From the sequence record MW508890.1: 52,770 nt of DNA. The stretch is one strand, 5' to 3'. Made by a program: the position numbers and the translations under genes. Origin of the DNA: Phage PEA2-3. Below are positions 1-9,425 of the stretch, piece by piece. The notes below the pieces were generated by a model. It had not been told where the DNA came from. It made no database searches and saw only the letters and a list, made by a program, of their open reading frames with translations. How positions within the stretch are numbered: the first letter of the stretch is position 1; each line of letters begins with the position of its first letter.

Positions 1-120
1 TTTTTTTTCGCCAGCGTAAATTTTTTTTTCATCCGGTTCTGATATTAATAAAGAGATAAACCGGATCATACATATAGACGCCTCTAAGTAGCTGTTTTTA
101 TTACTTCTAATATAATTAAT

Positions 121-143
121 AATATATAATAATAATAATAATA
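121..143. repeat. (AAT)n microsatellite within AT-rich left-end region 1..368
   Basis: Run aataataataataataataa read directly; surrounding 368 bp is non-coding and strongly AT-rich. Confidence 0.8.
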
Positions 144-320
144 ATAAAATAAATATATACCCCCTTTATCCGGTACTTGTATCCCCTTATTACCCCCTTA
201 ATCTTTTTATAGGGAGCCCATATATTATGATTTGTAAAAGAGTAATAAAATCATACTCTTAGGGTCCATATATTTAATTATAGTTTAAATATTAATCAGT
301 TTGTAAAATAAGCTTAAAAA

Positions 321-366
321 ATAAGGGCTTAGGATTTTTACAATTACCCAAGCCCTTGATTTACCT
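321..366 (-). terminator. Intrinsic-terminator-like hairpin 3' of the replication gene
   Basis: Imperfect inverted repeat agggcttagg / cccaagccct; on the minus strand the stem is followed by a T run (plus-strand A run 316-323) just after the stop of 369..2903. Confidence 0.4.
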
Positions 367-368
367 AC

Positions 369-2903
369 TTATTTTAACTTCTTAGCAGTGTCATATCCTC
401 GCTCTGTCAGGCAGTAAATGTTAGCAGATCGGCCTCTTGTGGGCTTATATATTTGGACTGCTAAATAGTCCTGGTCAATCATATCCTGCAGCATACCGTC
501 AATGACTTTGTTATTAGCTGTAATATTAAAACCGTAATTCGATTTAAACCAGCTCAAAGACTGACGAATAGCATATATGCTTAAACCATTCATCTGGAGG
601 TGTTCTTCCCGGATACTTCTCACGACACCCTCAGGATAATGCTTAACAATACCGTTCCATCCGCTTTTGGTGTAAAGGGCCAAAATGTCCCTGTAGACTT
701 TTAGGAAGCCGTCCACTACTTCGGCGTTGGTAGTTGGTGGTGCGACTATCCTGCTTGTGTTATTGACCCAGGCGGTTATACAACGAAGAACATATTTGTA
801 AGCCCATTCGATGTTGTCCCTGGTCATTACAGGAGCATCCCAGTTGTCGAGTAATCCAATAAGTGCTGCTATATTGAATACATACTCACCCATTCGGCCC
901 ACAAAGGCAGATGCTACTTCGTTATCCCTGTAATACTTGCGCATGTCATTAATATTGCACTGGTACTCGTACAGGAAGTCGTCATCGTCCGATTCGTCGT
1001 AAATAGGAATCGGGTCGTGCCTTAGTTTACCGTTAGGAGGGATAGCATTCACATAAGCGATTGCTTCCAGCTTCTCAATCAGCTCTTTGGAGAATTGAGT
1101 ACGGCGAATCTGCTGGCGACGTCCTACCTTCTCAGGTTTGGCAAACTCCGCTCGTTCATAGTTAGGGATGAACAGGAAGCGGGGCAAAAAGCCACTTGAG
1201 AAGTCTTGCTTCCGGGTGTTGTCAAGGATAAGCTCTTGAGTTGAGTCACCCAGGATAGAGTAACACGGTTCGCTTACTGTCTTGACATCATTGTCAGCAT
1301 TAGCACGTTTGATACCTGTCAGAATACCACCAACCTTACGCTTGGTTGAAGCGTCCATCAGAGCTTTCTGAAAGTTGTCCGGGTTGTTAGGATTCATGCG
1401 TAAGCCAGAACCTAAAGCCAGACCAAATTCAGGGTAGAACAACTGGACTGAATGGTATGACGGGTTGGACATCAGTTCAGCAAACGTCCTGGTTGCAAAA
1501 GTCTGTTCCCTTGGGATACGGTTAAGGCTGATAGGCGATGTATCAGGTAAGCTTGCCTGGATTTGTGGGAACATCTCAGTATACAACGATTTACCGATTG
1601 ATGAACCACCCACAAGAATGATGTTGGTTACCAGGAAGTTAGCATGACCGCCTACTGGACAAACATACTTGCGACCAGCGCAGTTGCTCAGGATGTTAAG
1701 AGCTGTGCCGATGGCATAGTCGTTAACCCTGTTAGCCGGAGATATGTTATCCTGTATCTCAGCAATAAGCCGTTTAAACCCGGACGGGGCCGTTCTGACG
1801 AATACATCAGAAGGCAGAATATCGTCGTTAACTTTAAACTCAACGTTCTCAGCCAGGGAGACACCTGAATTCTTGGCTAACTCTTTGTTGATGTCAAGAG
1901 CAAACTTGGTCTTGACGAATAAGCCGTCACGTTGCATTTCTTTCAGTACAGTCTTACCGACACGACTGAACCACTGGTGATACTTGTCAACAGACAAGTT
2001 GTGTCGACTTGGTCTGCGACCTTCGTATGCTGCAGCTTTGCTGGCCATGAAGATGCGTTGTGTAACTTCGTAGTTACGGGTTACACGAAGCAAGTCTTTG
2101 AGTATGCGGCTTAACCGTTCAGAACCGTCATTACTCACACCAACACCGTCTGGTGCATGCTCATTCAGGTAGTGCTCTAAAGCCCAGCGAGTATTATCGG
2201 CTAACTGTTCGTACAGCTCTTTGTCATACTCTTCGCCACGGTCTTCGTCTTGCTCAAACTCAACATCAATATCAGGTGCGCTTGCTTCAAGAAAGAACTT
2301 CTCAATTGCTGCATGCCATTCACGGGCTGAAACAGGATTAGCATTGAACTCGCTCAATACATTGCCTGTCATTACCAGGAACATCTCAGCCTTCTGGATT
2401 TTGATGTCCAGCTGTTCGTCTTTCTCTTTTGATGTTGCTGCAGTCCAGGGTAAAGGGATTGCAATGTGTTGCCCTTTGCCAGAGATTGACGTCTCAGCAT
2501 AAGCACCATGGGTACCCTCAATTATCGCTTTGTGGGTTGCTTCAATGTCTGGATTATCATCATGGTTGTCCAGGTCAACAAAGTACCACTGGCGAGGAAC
2601 AATCAAAGCCGGCACAAAGGTGATATTACCCTGTACAGCTTTAATCTTCATTTCACGATTGCGAATACAACGTGTCAGGGCGTCGTCGAAAGTCATCCAC
2701 TCTTCAGGCACAGTTGTGCTGAAGGAACGGCCTGATGGCGCTCTTGCAGGTTTCTTCGGTTTGGATTGAACTTCAAGAGTCTCGTCTTCGTACGTTAGCT
2801 CAAAGATAGCCCAGCGCTTCATATCTTTGAAGACTTGGGGAATCCCTTCTGGCTTAAAGTATTTCAGACCGAGAATATCACTCGGCTGACTCGTCATTGT
2901 CAT
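369..2903 (-). CDS. Large replication NTPase, primase-helicase-like (D5/P4-alpha-like)
   Basis: 844 aa; mid-protein Walker A GGSSIGKS (NFLVTNIILVGGSSIGKSLYTE); size and position typical of a phage primase-helicase; family by motif recall only. Confidence 0.55.
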   Translation of the reverse strand: MTMTSQPSDILGLKYFKPEGIPQVFKDMKRWAIFELTYEDETLEVQSKPKKPARAPSGRSFSTTVPEEWMTFDDALTRCIRNREMKIKAVQGNITFVPALIVPRQWYFVDLDNHDDNPDIEATHKAIIEGTHGAYAETSISGKGQHIAIPLPWTAATSKEKDEQLDIKIQKAEMFLVMTGNVLSEFNANPVSAREWHAAIEKFFLEASAPDIDVEFEQDEDRGEEYDKELYEQLADNTRWALEHYLNEHAPDGVGVSNDGSERLSRILKDLLRVTRNYEVTQRIFMASKAAAYEGRRPSRHNLSVDKYHQWFSRVGKTVLKEMQRDGLFVKTKFALDINKELAKNSGVSLAENVEFKVNDDILPSDVFVRTAPSGFKRLIAEIQDNISPANRVNDYAIGTALNILSNCAGRKYVCPVGGHANFLVTNIILVGGSSIGKSLYTEMFPQIQASLPDTSPISLNRIPREQTFATRTFAELMSNPSYHSVQLFYPEFGLALGSGLRMNPNNPDNFQKALMDASTKRKVGGILTGIKRANADNDVKTVSEPCYSILGDSTQELILDNTRKQDFSSGFLPRFLFIPNYERAEFAKPEKVGRRQQIRRTQFSKELIEKLEAIAYVNAIPPNGKLRHDPIPIYDESDDDDFLYEYQCNINDMRKYYRDNEVASAFVGRMGEYVFNIAALIGLLDNWDAPVMTRDNIEWAYKYVLRCITAWVNNTSRIVAPPTTNAEVVDGFLKVYRDILALYTKSGWNGIVKHYPEGVVRSIREEHLQMNGLSIYAIRQSLSWFKSNYGFNITANNKVIDGMLQDMIDQDYLAVQIYKPTRGRSANIYCLTERGYDTAKKLK

Positions 2904-3210
2904 TGCTGGTTACCTTAGAAGTTGGCTTGTAGTAATAAGATGATTCAGTGTGTTGACGTACTGTCAAATAGCCTTCCTCTACAAGTCGGTCAAGACCTTC
3001 CTTGATTTTAGCCCGAGCTGCTTCGGGGTCTTTATAATACTCCGCTGCAGGTACGAGTGTTAATGGTGATTTGGTAAAGTAGCGAGTCGGTAACTCTTTA
3101 TTAAACAGGCCGACTTTTGTAATACCGCGTTGCTTGCAGGCATATTCATTGCCTTCGGCGAGTAGCTTAATACCGTTGCGAATATGCCGCAACAGTTTTG
3201 GCTTTATCAT
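2878..3210 (-). CDS. Hypothetical protein
   Basis: 110-aa ORF overlapping the start of the replication gene by 26 nt; no motif recognised. Confidence 0.4.
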   Translation of the reverse strand: MIKPKLLRHIRNGIKLLAEGNEYACKQRGITKVGLFNKELPTRYFTKSPLTLVPAAEYYKDPEAARAKIKEGLDRLVEEGYLTVRQHTESSYYYKPTSKVTSNDNDESAE

Positions 3211-3363
3211 TGAGTCTCTCCTCTTGTTTGTGGGGCTCTCATTATATACACGTTATTAAACCAGAGTAAATAGACTTTTATGTATTTTATACATTTATAT
3301 CTATTTACTTTCCCCTCCTTTATATACATAATAGACTTACATTCTGCTAAGGAGATACAACCA
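3211..3363. promoter_or_regulatory. Divergent intergenic control region
   Basis: AT-rich spacer between minus-strand 2878..3210 and plus-strand 3364..3801; motif ttatataca occurs twice (about 3243 and 3320). Confidence 0.4.
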
Positions 3364-3801
3364 ATGTTTCACACACTCAAGACCTTTCAGGGCGTCAGTC
3401 CTAATACCGACGAACAAGTAATTGAAGAGCACTTTGTTACCTTTCGTACCAGCGACATCGTTGACATTAGCGTAATTGTACACAATGATACTGCCGAAAT
3501 TGTATATCTTACTTTGCGCGGTACCCAGGACGAAGACGGTGCACCGCCTTGCATGACCTTCAGACGTGAATGGCACGCTGAAGCTGTTGAATCACTGGTT
3601 GCATTGCGTGATGCGCTTCATGTTACACCGACTTACTTCACTGACAATGACGGTAGCTTGTTCCCGTACAGCAACGTCATGTATGTCAATATCAAAACAC
3701 GAACCATGCATCTGGTAAATGGTGTTGCTATTGCACTCACCAAAAACGAGTTTGACCGGTTTTATGACGAGTATCGTAACTGGATGGACTTATATAAATA
3801 G
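3364..3801 (+). CDS. Hypothetical protein
   Basis: Start moved inward from track ORF 3280..3801 to the ATG preceded by RBS aaggagatacaacc. Confidence 0.5.
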   Translation: MFHTLKTFQGVSPNTDEQVIEEHFVTFRTSDIVDISVIVHNDTAEIVYLTLRGTQDEDGAPPCMTFRREWHAEAVESLVALRDALHVTPTYFTDNDGSLFPYSNVMYVNIKTRTMHLVNGVAIALTKNEFDRFYDEYRNWMDLYK

Positions 3802-3811
3802 GAGTAATTAA

Positions 3812-4180
3812 GTGAGTAACCAACCGTCTATGTCGTTAGTGTACCAGGCACCAGCTAAGACTGGTGAGTTTGCAGGTACCATCCACGTAATTCATGCGGA
3901 AGAAATCATCAGCATTGCATTTGTGGAGAAAACAAAGAAAGAAAAAGCTTTACGCGTCACCACTAAAAGTGGTATAATAGACATAACGGATATTGTTGCG
4001 GGCCAGGCACTACGTACAATGTTCAATAACTATTGTCTACTAATTGGTGCAACTATGCACATGCAACCTGAGGAAACAACTGATGGCATTGAACCCACAA
4101 GAACTGGAATCGATGGATACGGAACAGCTGTACGACAAGCTGGCGAATCTGAACCGCTGGATGGCACAAGCGAAAGCTGA
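3812..4180 (+). CDS. Hypothetical protein
   Basis: 122-aa ORF with GTG start 5 nt after aggag; 3' end overlaps the next ORF out of frame. Confidence 0.4.
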   Translation: MSNQPSMSLVYQAPAKTGEFAGTIHVIHAEEIISIAFVEKTKKEKALRVTTKSGIIDITDIVAGQALRTMFNNYCLLIGATMHMQPEETTDGIEPTRTGIDGYGTAVRQAGESEPLDGTSES

Positions 4181-4532
4181 CCAGGAGACGTTGCGCCGGA
4201 CCATTAAAGCACGTCTTGAACGTGACATGATTATCAATCGTGGTAAAGAAGGTACACAAACGGTTGAGTTCAGCATGCATGGCGTACCTGGTAAACTCAA
4301 GGTTGAGCAGAAGGTTAACCGCTCACTAGACCAGAAGCTTGTGCCTGACGTAATGAAGAAGTTACCGAAGACTGTTGTTGCCAAGCTGTTTAAAACCAAG
4401 TATGAAATGTCAGTTACTGCATACCGTAACCTGACACCAGAACAGCTGGCTATCGTCGACCCTGTTGTGAAGACCTCGCCTGGTATTCCGACTGTAACAT
4501 TCACCCCGGCAGCTACGGAAGAAGCCGAGTAA
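4083..4532 (+). CDS. Hypothetical protein
   Basis: Start set at ATG 4083 preceded by gaggaaac; charged protein, no motif recognised. Confidence 0.45.
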   Translation: MALNPQELESMDTEQLYDKLANLNRWMAQAKADQETLRRTIKARLERDMIINRGKEGTQTVEFSMHGVPGKLKVEQKVNRSLDQKLVPDVMKKLPKTVVAKLFKTKYEMSVTAYRNLTPEQLAIVDPVVKTSPGIPTVTFTPAATEEAE

Positions 4533-4537
4533 TTAAA

Positions 4538-4566
4538 CGGGGCTTAGCACAAGCCCCTTGACTTTT
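4538..4566 (+). terminator. Intrinsic terminator
   Basis: Hairpin ggggctt-agcac-aagcccc followed by ttgactttt. Confidence 0.55.
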
Positions 4567-4576
4567 GGAGACTTAC

Positions 4577-4867
4577 ATGGCATCAGATAACAGCAAGAAG
4601 TATAATCTTGAAGACCGTTACAAGCATCATCTTGGCATTCTCAAGTCCGTCATGCGTACTGCAGGAATGGATGAGATGGAACCTCTTTGTAATATCCTTC
4701 CTCGCGTACGTCATATGGTACAGGATAATGTTGTGCTGAATAAAGCTATTGAGCAGGCACAGGCTGAGGGTGTTGCATTTATTCGTGTAACCCACAAAAA
4801 GGATGGCACCAGCCTGGAAGTGGTTAACAGCCGTAACGTATTAATCAAGGCCGGTGATCAATCGTGA
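4577..4867 (+). CDS. Hypothetical protein
   Basis: ATG 4577 follows ggag by about 6 nt; 96 aa. Confidence 0.45.
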   Translation: MASDNSKKYNLEDRYKHHLGILKSVMRTAGMDEMEPLCNILPRVRHMVQDNVVLNKAIEQAQAEGVAFIRVTHKKDGTSLEVVNSRNVLIKAGDQS

Positions 4868-4957
4868 AGATAGCTCATCTGATTCTTGATGCCATACTCG
4901 TTGGGTGTGTGGTATACGGTTTGTACCTGGCAACACAAATAACGGGGTATATCATCC

Positions 4958-5248
4958 ATGGACAATAAGCAGATGCGTGTTATGTTTATGGGCAATCCTG
5001 GTCCGCGTGACAAATGGCTATTTGACAAGCTCAAAGAAAGCCTGATAGGCAAAGAGCTGGTTATTGACTTTACTCCTGTTGAGAAAAGAGCGGCTGAAGT
5101 CTTTCGCAATATCAACCATGACTTAATCGTGATTGACGAGATTGTGGATAAGCCAACAAAGAAAGAAGTCGGTACATATGCGGCCATGTTTGGCGTGCCA
5201 AAGAAAACATATACTCCGCTACACAAACGTAAAGGTAAACGTAAATGA
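4958..5248 (+). CDS. Hypothetical protein
   Basis: 96-aa ORF, lysine-rich C-terminus. Confidence 0.4.
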   Translation: MDNKQMRVMFMGNPGPRDKWLFDKLKESLIGKELVIDFTPVEKRAAEVFRNINHDLIVIDEIVDKPTKKEVGTYAAMFGVPKKTYTPLHKRKGKRK

Positions 5249-5535
5249 GTACTCTAGATTCTCGTGCTAAACTGGCTAAGATTTGTAATGTGACCGTGAA
5301 GGAGTCAACCCTTCCGGAGCTCAAGGGATGTCTCCTTTGTGGGTCAGGCTTCCAGCTTATTTGGGACCCGTACAAGAACAAGGACCAGGCTATGGATGTG
5401 CTTCTGCATTCAGGTATTAGCCTGCAGGTCAACAGTAATGAAGTTGTCGCCAATGGCGAAGTGTTCTTGTTTGAAGACTACGACCGTGCTCATTATTGTT
5501 TGTGTGATGCTATTTGCACTTCTGCCTTAAAATAA
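5245..5535 (+). CDS. Hypothetical protein
   Basis: ATGA start/stop overlap with the upstream ORF (translational coupling). Confidence 0.4.
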   Translation: MSTLDSRAKLAKICNVTVKESTLPELKGCLLCGSGFQLIWDPYKNKDQAMDVLLHSGISLQVNSNEVVANGEVFLFEDYDRAHYCLCDAICTSALK

Positions 5536-5649
5536 ATGTGTACGTCACCACTCACTAATGATATAATGTCTTTAACGGTTAAGCAATAAAGCACATGCGC
5601 AGGGAATAACTCTGGCATACAATTAAACTGGTATACAAGGAAACAAGAA

Positions 5650-6555
5650 ATGACTACAGTATTTGACCGCAGCGGTAAAGCACACGAAGCTCTGGGTTTT
5701 GTTATCTGTGTTGACGAGGGAAACACTTCCCTGTTGACGCAGGGCAAAGTGTATGCCAACCTAGGTTCTTTCGGCGGGGCTTACGATAACTTATGGGTAA
5801 TCGACGACCGTGGTCTGAAGCAGAACTTCAGCGTTGACCGTTTCGCTAAGTACGAATCTGAAAAACACAACTGGGGTATCGCTCGCCGTTCTTACGCTAA
5901 CCTGAAAGAAGGTAAGCTGTATCGTGTTGAGAAGAATCGCCCTGGTGTTCGTTCACTGGATGGCACTAATCAGATTGCATGCGTGGATGAGACCGGTAAC
6001 TGGCTGACATACAATGAAGACGTCTTCCGTCTGTGCCGTCCGTCTCATTCCGAACAGTACATGGTTGCTAAGCTCAAAGCGGCTGCACCTGTCAAGAACA
6101 CTGCAATCAACTTCAAAGTTGAGGAAGAAGTTATTGCAGACGACAAACTGAAGTTTGTTGGTGTTAAGTTTGAACCGAATGGTCGTGTGTACACTTACAA
6201 GTACATCGGCAAAGTAAGTGTAGGGGACAAAGCGGTTGTTGACGTTCGCAATGTTAACTATCCGGAGCTGAACGGTACCAAGCTCGTTGATGTTGTGTCT
6301 GTAAGCGCCGCCAATACTTCTGGCTACAACACTGCAACTCTCAAATGGCTGGTTGATGTGCCTGACTTTAACAAGTATCAGCGTCGTCAGCAGGTTGAAG
6401 ACTTACTGCGTGAAGCGTCAGCACGCCTCGACCTGGAAGTTGAGAAAGAACTGGAACGTCGTCGTCAGACAGTTGTTGCTGACCTGGCAGCATCTAACCC
6501 GGACATCAAAGCACTGCTCGATGGTATCGCTGCATTGAAAGCAGAACTGCTGTAA
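5650..6555 (+). CDS. Hypothetical protein with C-terminal coiled-coil-like region
   Basis: 301 aa, RBS aagga upstream; C-terminal charged heptad-like stretch (EDLLREASARLDLEVEKELERRRQ). Confidence 0.5.
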   Translation: MTTVFDRSGKAHEALGFVICVDEGNTSLLTQGKVYANLGSFGGAYDNLWVIDDRGLKQNFSVDRFAKYESEKHNWGIARRSYANLKEGKLYRVEKNRPGVRSLDGTNQIACVDETGNWLTYNEDVFRLCRPSHSEQYMVAKLKAAAPVKNTAINFKVEEEVIADDKLKFVGVKFEPNGRVYTYKYIGKVSVGDKAVVDVRNVNYPELNGTKLVDVVSVSAANTSGYNTATLKWLVDVPDFNKYQRRQQVEDLLREASARLDLEVEKELERRRQTVVADLAASNPDIKALLDGIAALKAELL

Positions 6556-6603
6556 TAACTTAGGCGGGTGCAAGCCCGCCAGTCTTCCTCCCTGGAGAGT
6601 ACT

Positions 6604-7050
6604 ATGGACCTGTTCAAAACTAAATACATTGTTTATAAAGCACCAACTACTGAAGAGCATAACGTTGTGTATGCGGTTGATGTGATAAATGTCAATGCTT
6701 TCTTCTCTTGTCGTTTCTTTATCAGTACAAAGGCACGTGCTGACCTCAAAACAGAACTTACTGAGCGTGTTGTACACGGCATTGTTAATAGTGCTGAGTT
6801 CCGTAACTTCTGGAGCAAGAAAGGCGTTGAGCTTCCTCCTTACGAGGACGGTAACCTTACTGTTGTACGTGTTGACAAAGCACACAAACAGGTATATAGG
6901 TTCAACGTGTACAGCGACCACCTGAAGGGTGTCACCATCCCTTTGTGGGTAGAAGCATACAACGAAGAGCATGCAGGAGTATTACTCGATGGTGTCATAG
7001 CCAACCTCGGTTTGTCACGGCTATCGTGTCAAGCTGTTAGTGTAAAATAG
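6604..7050 (+). CDS. Hypothetical protein
   Basis: Start moved to ATG 6604 after ggagag; track ORF began at 6568 inside a hairpin. Confidence 0.45.
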   Translation: MDLFKTKYIVYKAPTTEEHNVVYAVDVINVNAFFSCRFFISTKARADLKTELTERVVHGIVNSAEFRNFWSKKGVELPPYEDGNLTVVRVDKAHKQVYRFNVYSDHLKGVTIPLWVEAYNEEHAGVLLDGVIANLGLSRLSCQAVSVK

Positions 7051-7055
7051 TAGTG

Positions 7056-7084
7056 TACTTACCCCATGTAAGTGGTGTATAATA
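7056..7084 (+). promoter_or_regulatory. Promoter-like element (AAGTGG-N-TATAAT family, copy 1)
   Basis: cttacc ... aagtggtgtataat immediately upstream of gene 7111. Confidence 0.45.
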
Positions 7085-7110
7085 CCTCTATACACATGAG
7101 GAGAGAGAAT

Positions 7111-7341
7111 ATGAGCATCAATACTCTAGCACAATTTCGTTCCACACGTAAGCTTGTTGCAAAAGATGACTGCGACTTGTGGACATACGGTATTCATCAT
7201 GACTGGCACATCGTCGAGTCATTCGATGAACCCACAAAATACTCCGTCTGTGGCGAGGAGTTTGACACCCTGGAAGAAGCCGAAGAAGCTCTTTATCGTA
7301 TGTACTGCGATGAAGAATCACTTTACGAGGACTATCATTAA
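7111..7341 (+). CDS. Hypothetical protein
   Basis: ATG 7111 after gaggagagagaat. Confidence 0.45.
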   Translation: MSINTLAQFRSTRKLVAKDDCDLWTYGIHHDWHIVESFDEPTKYSVCGEEFDTLEEAEEALYRMYCDEESLYEDYH

Positions 7342-8225
7342 TGGTTCAGATTGTATCTACTAAACAAGCCGTAGAAAATAAGCGACCTAAGGTCGCTATT
7401 TACGGCGCATCAGGTGTTGGTAAAACCAGCCTGGCTAAGACCTTGCCTCACGATAAGGTTCTTGTCATTAACGCTGAAGGCGGTTTGATGTCGATCGCAG
7501 ATGCTGACATCGACTCTACGCCAATCAATACGTTCAACGACATTTTGGCGCTGTACAAATGGCTTACCGAAAGTAAGGATGCGCAGAAGTATGAGCATCT
7601 GATTTTCGACTCGCTGTCAGATGTGGCTGAAGTTTGCCTGGACTATGAGAAGTCGCAAGTCAACGACAAACGACAGGCTTATGGTAATACCAACGACAAG
7701 ATGATGTATATCATGCGTCAGTTCCGTGACTTGCCTTTCAGCGTTGCATACCTGTGCAAGCTCGAGAAGAATAAGGACGAGGTTACTGGTGCAATGTTGT
7801 ATTCACCTCTCATGCCTGGCCAGCAGCTACCTAAACAACTGCCGTATCTTATGGATGCGGTACTTGCTTTACGTATGACTGCACCTGACGCCAATGGTAA
7901 TAGCGAGCGCTACATCCAGACACAACCCGACTACCAATGGGAAGCTAAGTGCCGTAACGCACCAGGCCGTGAACTGGATGCACGTGAGCCTGCTGACCTG
8001 GGCTGGATTTATGACAAGCTGCAAGGTTATCATCCTTACCAGCTGTGGTACTATCATCCGGAGTCAGATAGCTACCTGCTTCTGACAGGTCGAGCTGCAG
8101 AACAGATGCAGAACGACGACCCGAACGTGCAGCTCACTAAAATCGGTTCGGACGAATCGAAAGAGAAGCACCAAGCCTGGATGGCGAAGAAAGCCGCTCA
8201 AGCTGAGAAAGGAACCAGCGAATAA
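7341..8225 (+). CDS. Sak4-like RecA-fold ATPase (AAA_24-like)
   Basis: Walker A in KVAIYGASGVGKTSLAKTL followed by VLVINAEGG, matching the short RecA-core ATPase pattern as I recall it. Confidence 0.6.
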   Translation: MVQIVSTKQAVENKRPKVAIYGASGVGKTSLAKTLPHDKVLVINAEGGLMSIADADIDSTPINTFNDILALYKWLTESKDAQKYEHLIFDSLSDVAEVCLDYEKSQVNDKRQAYGNTNDKMMYIMRQFRDLPFSVAYLCKLEKNKDEVTGAMLYSPLMPGQQLPKQLPYLMDAVLALRMTAPDANGNSERYIQTQPDYQWEAKCRNAPGRELDAREPADLGWIYDKLQGYHPYQLWYYHPESDSYLLLTGRAAEQMQNDDPNVQLTKIGSDESKEKHQAWMAKKAAQAEKGTSE

Positions 8226-8228
8226 AAG

Positions 8229-8261
8229 TGTTTACGCCATGATAAAAAGTGGCGTATAATA
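8229..8261 (+). promoter_or_regulatory. Promoter-like element (AAGTGG-N-TATAAT family, copy 2)
   Basis: tttacgcc ... aaaagtggcgtataat upstream of gene 8333. Confidence 0.45.
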
Positions 8262-8332
8262 AGCATCACGGCCGAACGCTGCCGGTAAAGCGTTAAACGA
8301 AATTAAACTAAACTTAAACAGGATACCAAACA

Positions 8333-8878
8333 ATGGCTGAATTAAACTTCAACAGCTCTACCGTCGAACCGCAACAGTCTTTTGACCCGATCCCGAAAGG
8401 CTGGTACAACTTCATGATTGAAGAGGTTGAGCTGAAGCCGACTAAAGCAGGCACTGGTTCTTATCTGTCCCTGCGTCTGAAAGTGCAGGAAGGTGAGTTC
8501 GCTAACCGTGTTGTATTTGACATGATTACCTACTCCAACCCTAATGCGCAAGCTGTTGAAATCGGTCATCGCAAACTGTCTGCGTTGTGTCGTGCGCTGG
8601 GTATTGTTGAACTGACTTCTACCGACTTACTGGAAAACCGTATTGTAGCTGGTAAAGTTGGTGTTCGTATCGACAAGACCGGTGAGTACGACCCACAAAA
8701 CGATATTCGCGAATACAAAGCGTCAACTGAAGCAACTACTGCAGTAGGTGGTCATTCTCAAGCAACTGCATCGACGACGAAGAAAGTAGGTGCAGGTGCG
8801 AGTACTTCAACGAAGGCGAGTGCTACTGCAACGGCACCTGGTGCTGACGACGGTGCAGCAGCTCCTTGGGAAGAATAA
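8333..8878 (+). CDS. Putative ssDNA-binding protein
   Basis: 181 aa directly after the Sak4-like gene; Ala/Thr/Ser-rich linker ending in an acidic/aromatic tip (DDGAAAPWEE) reminiscent of SSB C-terminal tails; weak inference. Confidence 0.35.
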   Translation: MAELNFNSSTVEPQQSFDPIPKGWYNFMIEEVELKPTKAGTGSYLSLRLKVQEGEFANRVVFDMITYSNPNAQAVEIGHRKLSALCRALGIVELTSTDLLENRIVAGKVGVRIDKTGEYDPQNDIREYKASTEATTAVGGHSQATASTTKKVGAGASTSTKASATATAPGADDGAAAPWEE

Positions 8879-8900
8879 TCCCTGCCGAGTAAATATTCAA

Positions 8901-8924
8901 TAGGGGCTTCGGCCCCTATTTTCG
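8901..8924 (+). terminator. Intrinsic-terminator-like hairpin with UUCG loop
   Basis: aggggc-ttcg-gcccct followed by attttcg. Confidence 0.5.
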
Positions 8925-8939
8925 TATACGGAGACTACC

Positions 8940-9425
8940 ATGCAAAAGAAGAAGATGGACAAGTGGGACAGGCGGTTTATGCGCATAGCTTGTGAAGTTG
9001 CGAGCTGGTCGAAGGACCCGAAACGTCAAGTCGGTAGCGTTCTTGTGGACCAGAACAAGCGTATTATTTCCACTGGATATAATGGTCTACCTACGCAGTT
9101 AGACTCTATAAGAATAGTGCCTAATAGCCTTAAGAACGCTCTAACTATTCATAGCGAGATAAACACCTTAGCTAATATAAGGAGTGAGTTAGACACTCCT
9201 TCATTAGGCCCGGTTACCATCTACATAACATACCCGCCGTGCGAACATTGTGCAGACATGCTGATAGCCAACCTTAACCTGGTACGTGTAGTTGCATTGG
9301 CACATACAGCTTCTCAATCCAAATGGAAGGATAGCATGGCAAATGCCGTCGCCCACTTGTGGGCTCATAATATTGTGTACGATGAATTCAGCGTTGAGGA
9401 GTTTAACAATGCCAAGTCCGTTTGA
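8940..9425 (+). CDS. dCMP (deoxycytidylate) deaminase
   Basis: Zinc-binding deaminase signature HSEINTL ... PCEHCA; about 160 aa. Confidence 0.75.
   Translation: MQKKKMDKWDRRFMRIACEVASWSKDPKRQVGSVLVDQNKRIISTGYNGLPTQLDSIRIVPNSLKNALTIHSEINTLANIRSELDTPSLGPVTIYITYPPCEHCADMLIANLNLVRVVALAHTASQSKWKDSMANAVAHLWAHNIVYDEFSVEEFNNAKSV

Noticed and set aside
1465-2769. Series of 60-93-aa plus-strand ORFs inside the 844-aa minus-strand gene
   Set aside because: Shadow ORFs on the opposite strand of a well-supported long gene; no RBS or motifs.
9292-9408. N-terminal extension of the nuclease ORF (track start 9292)
   Set aside because: The extension lies inside the dCMP deaminase gene in another frame and gives an implausible Cys/hydrophobic peptide; the ATG at 9409 gives a coupled start and is preferred.
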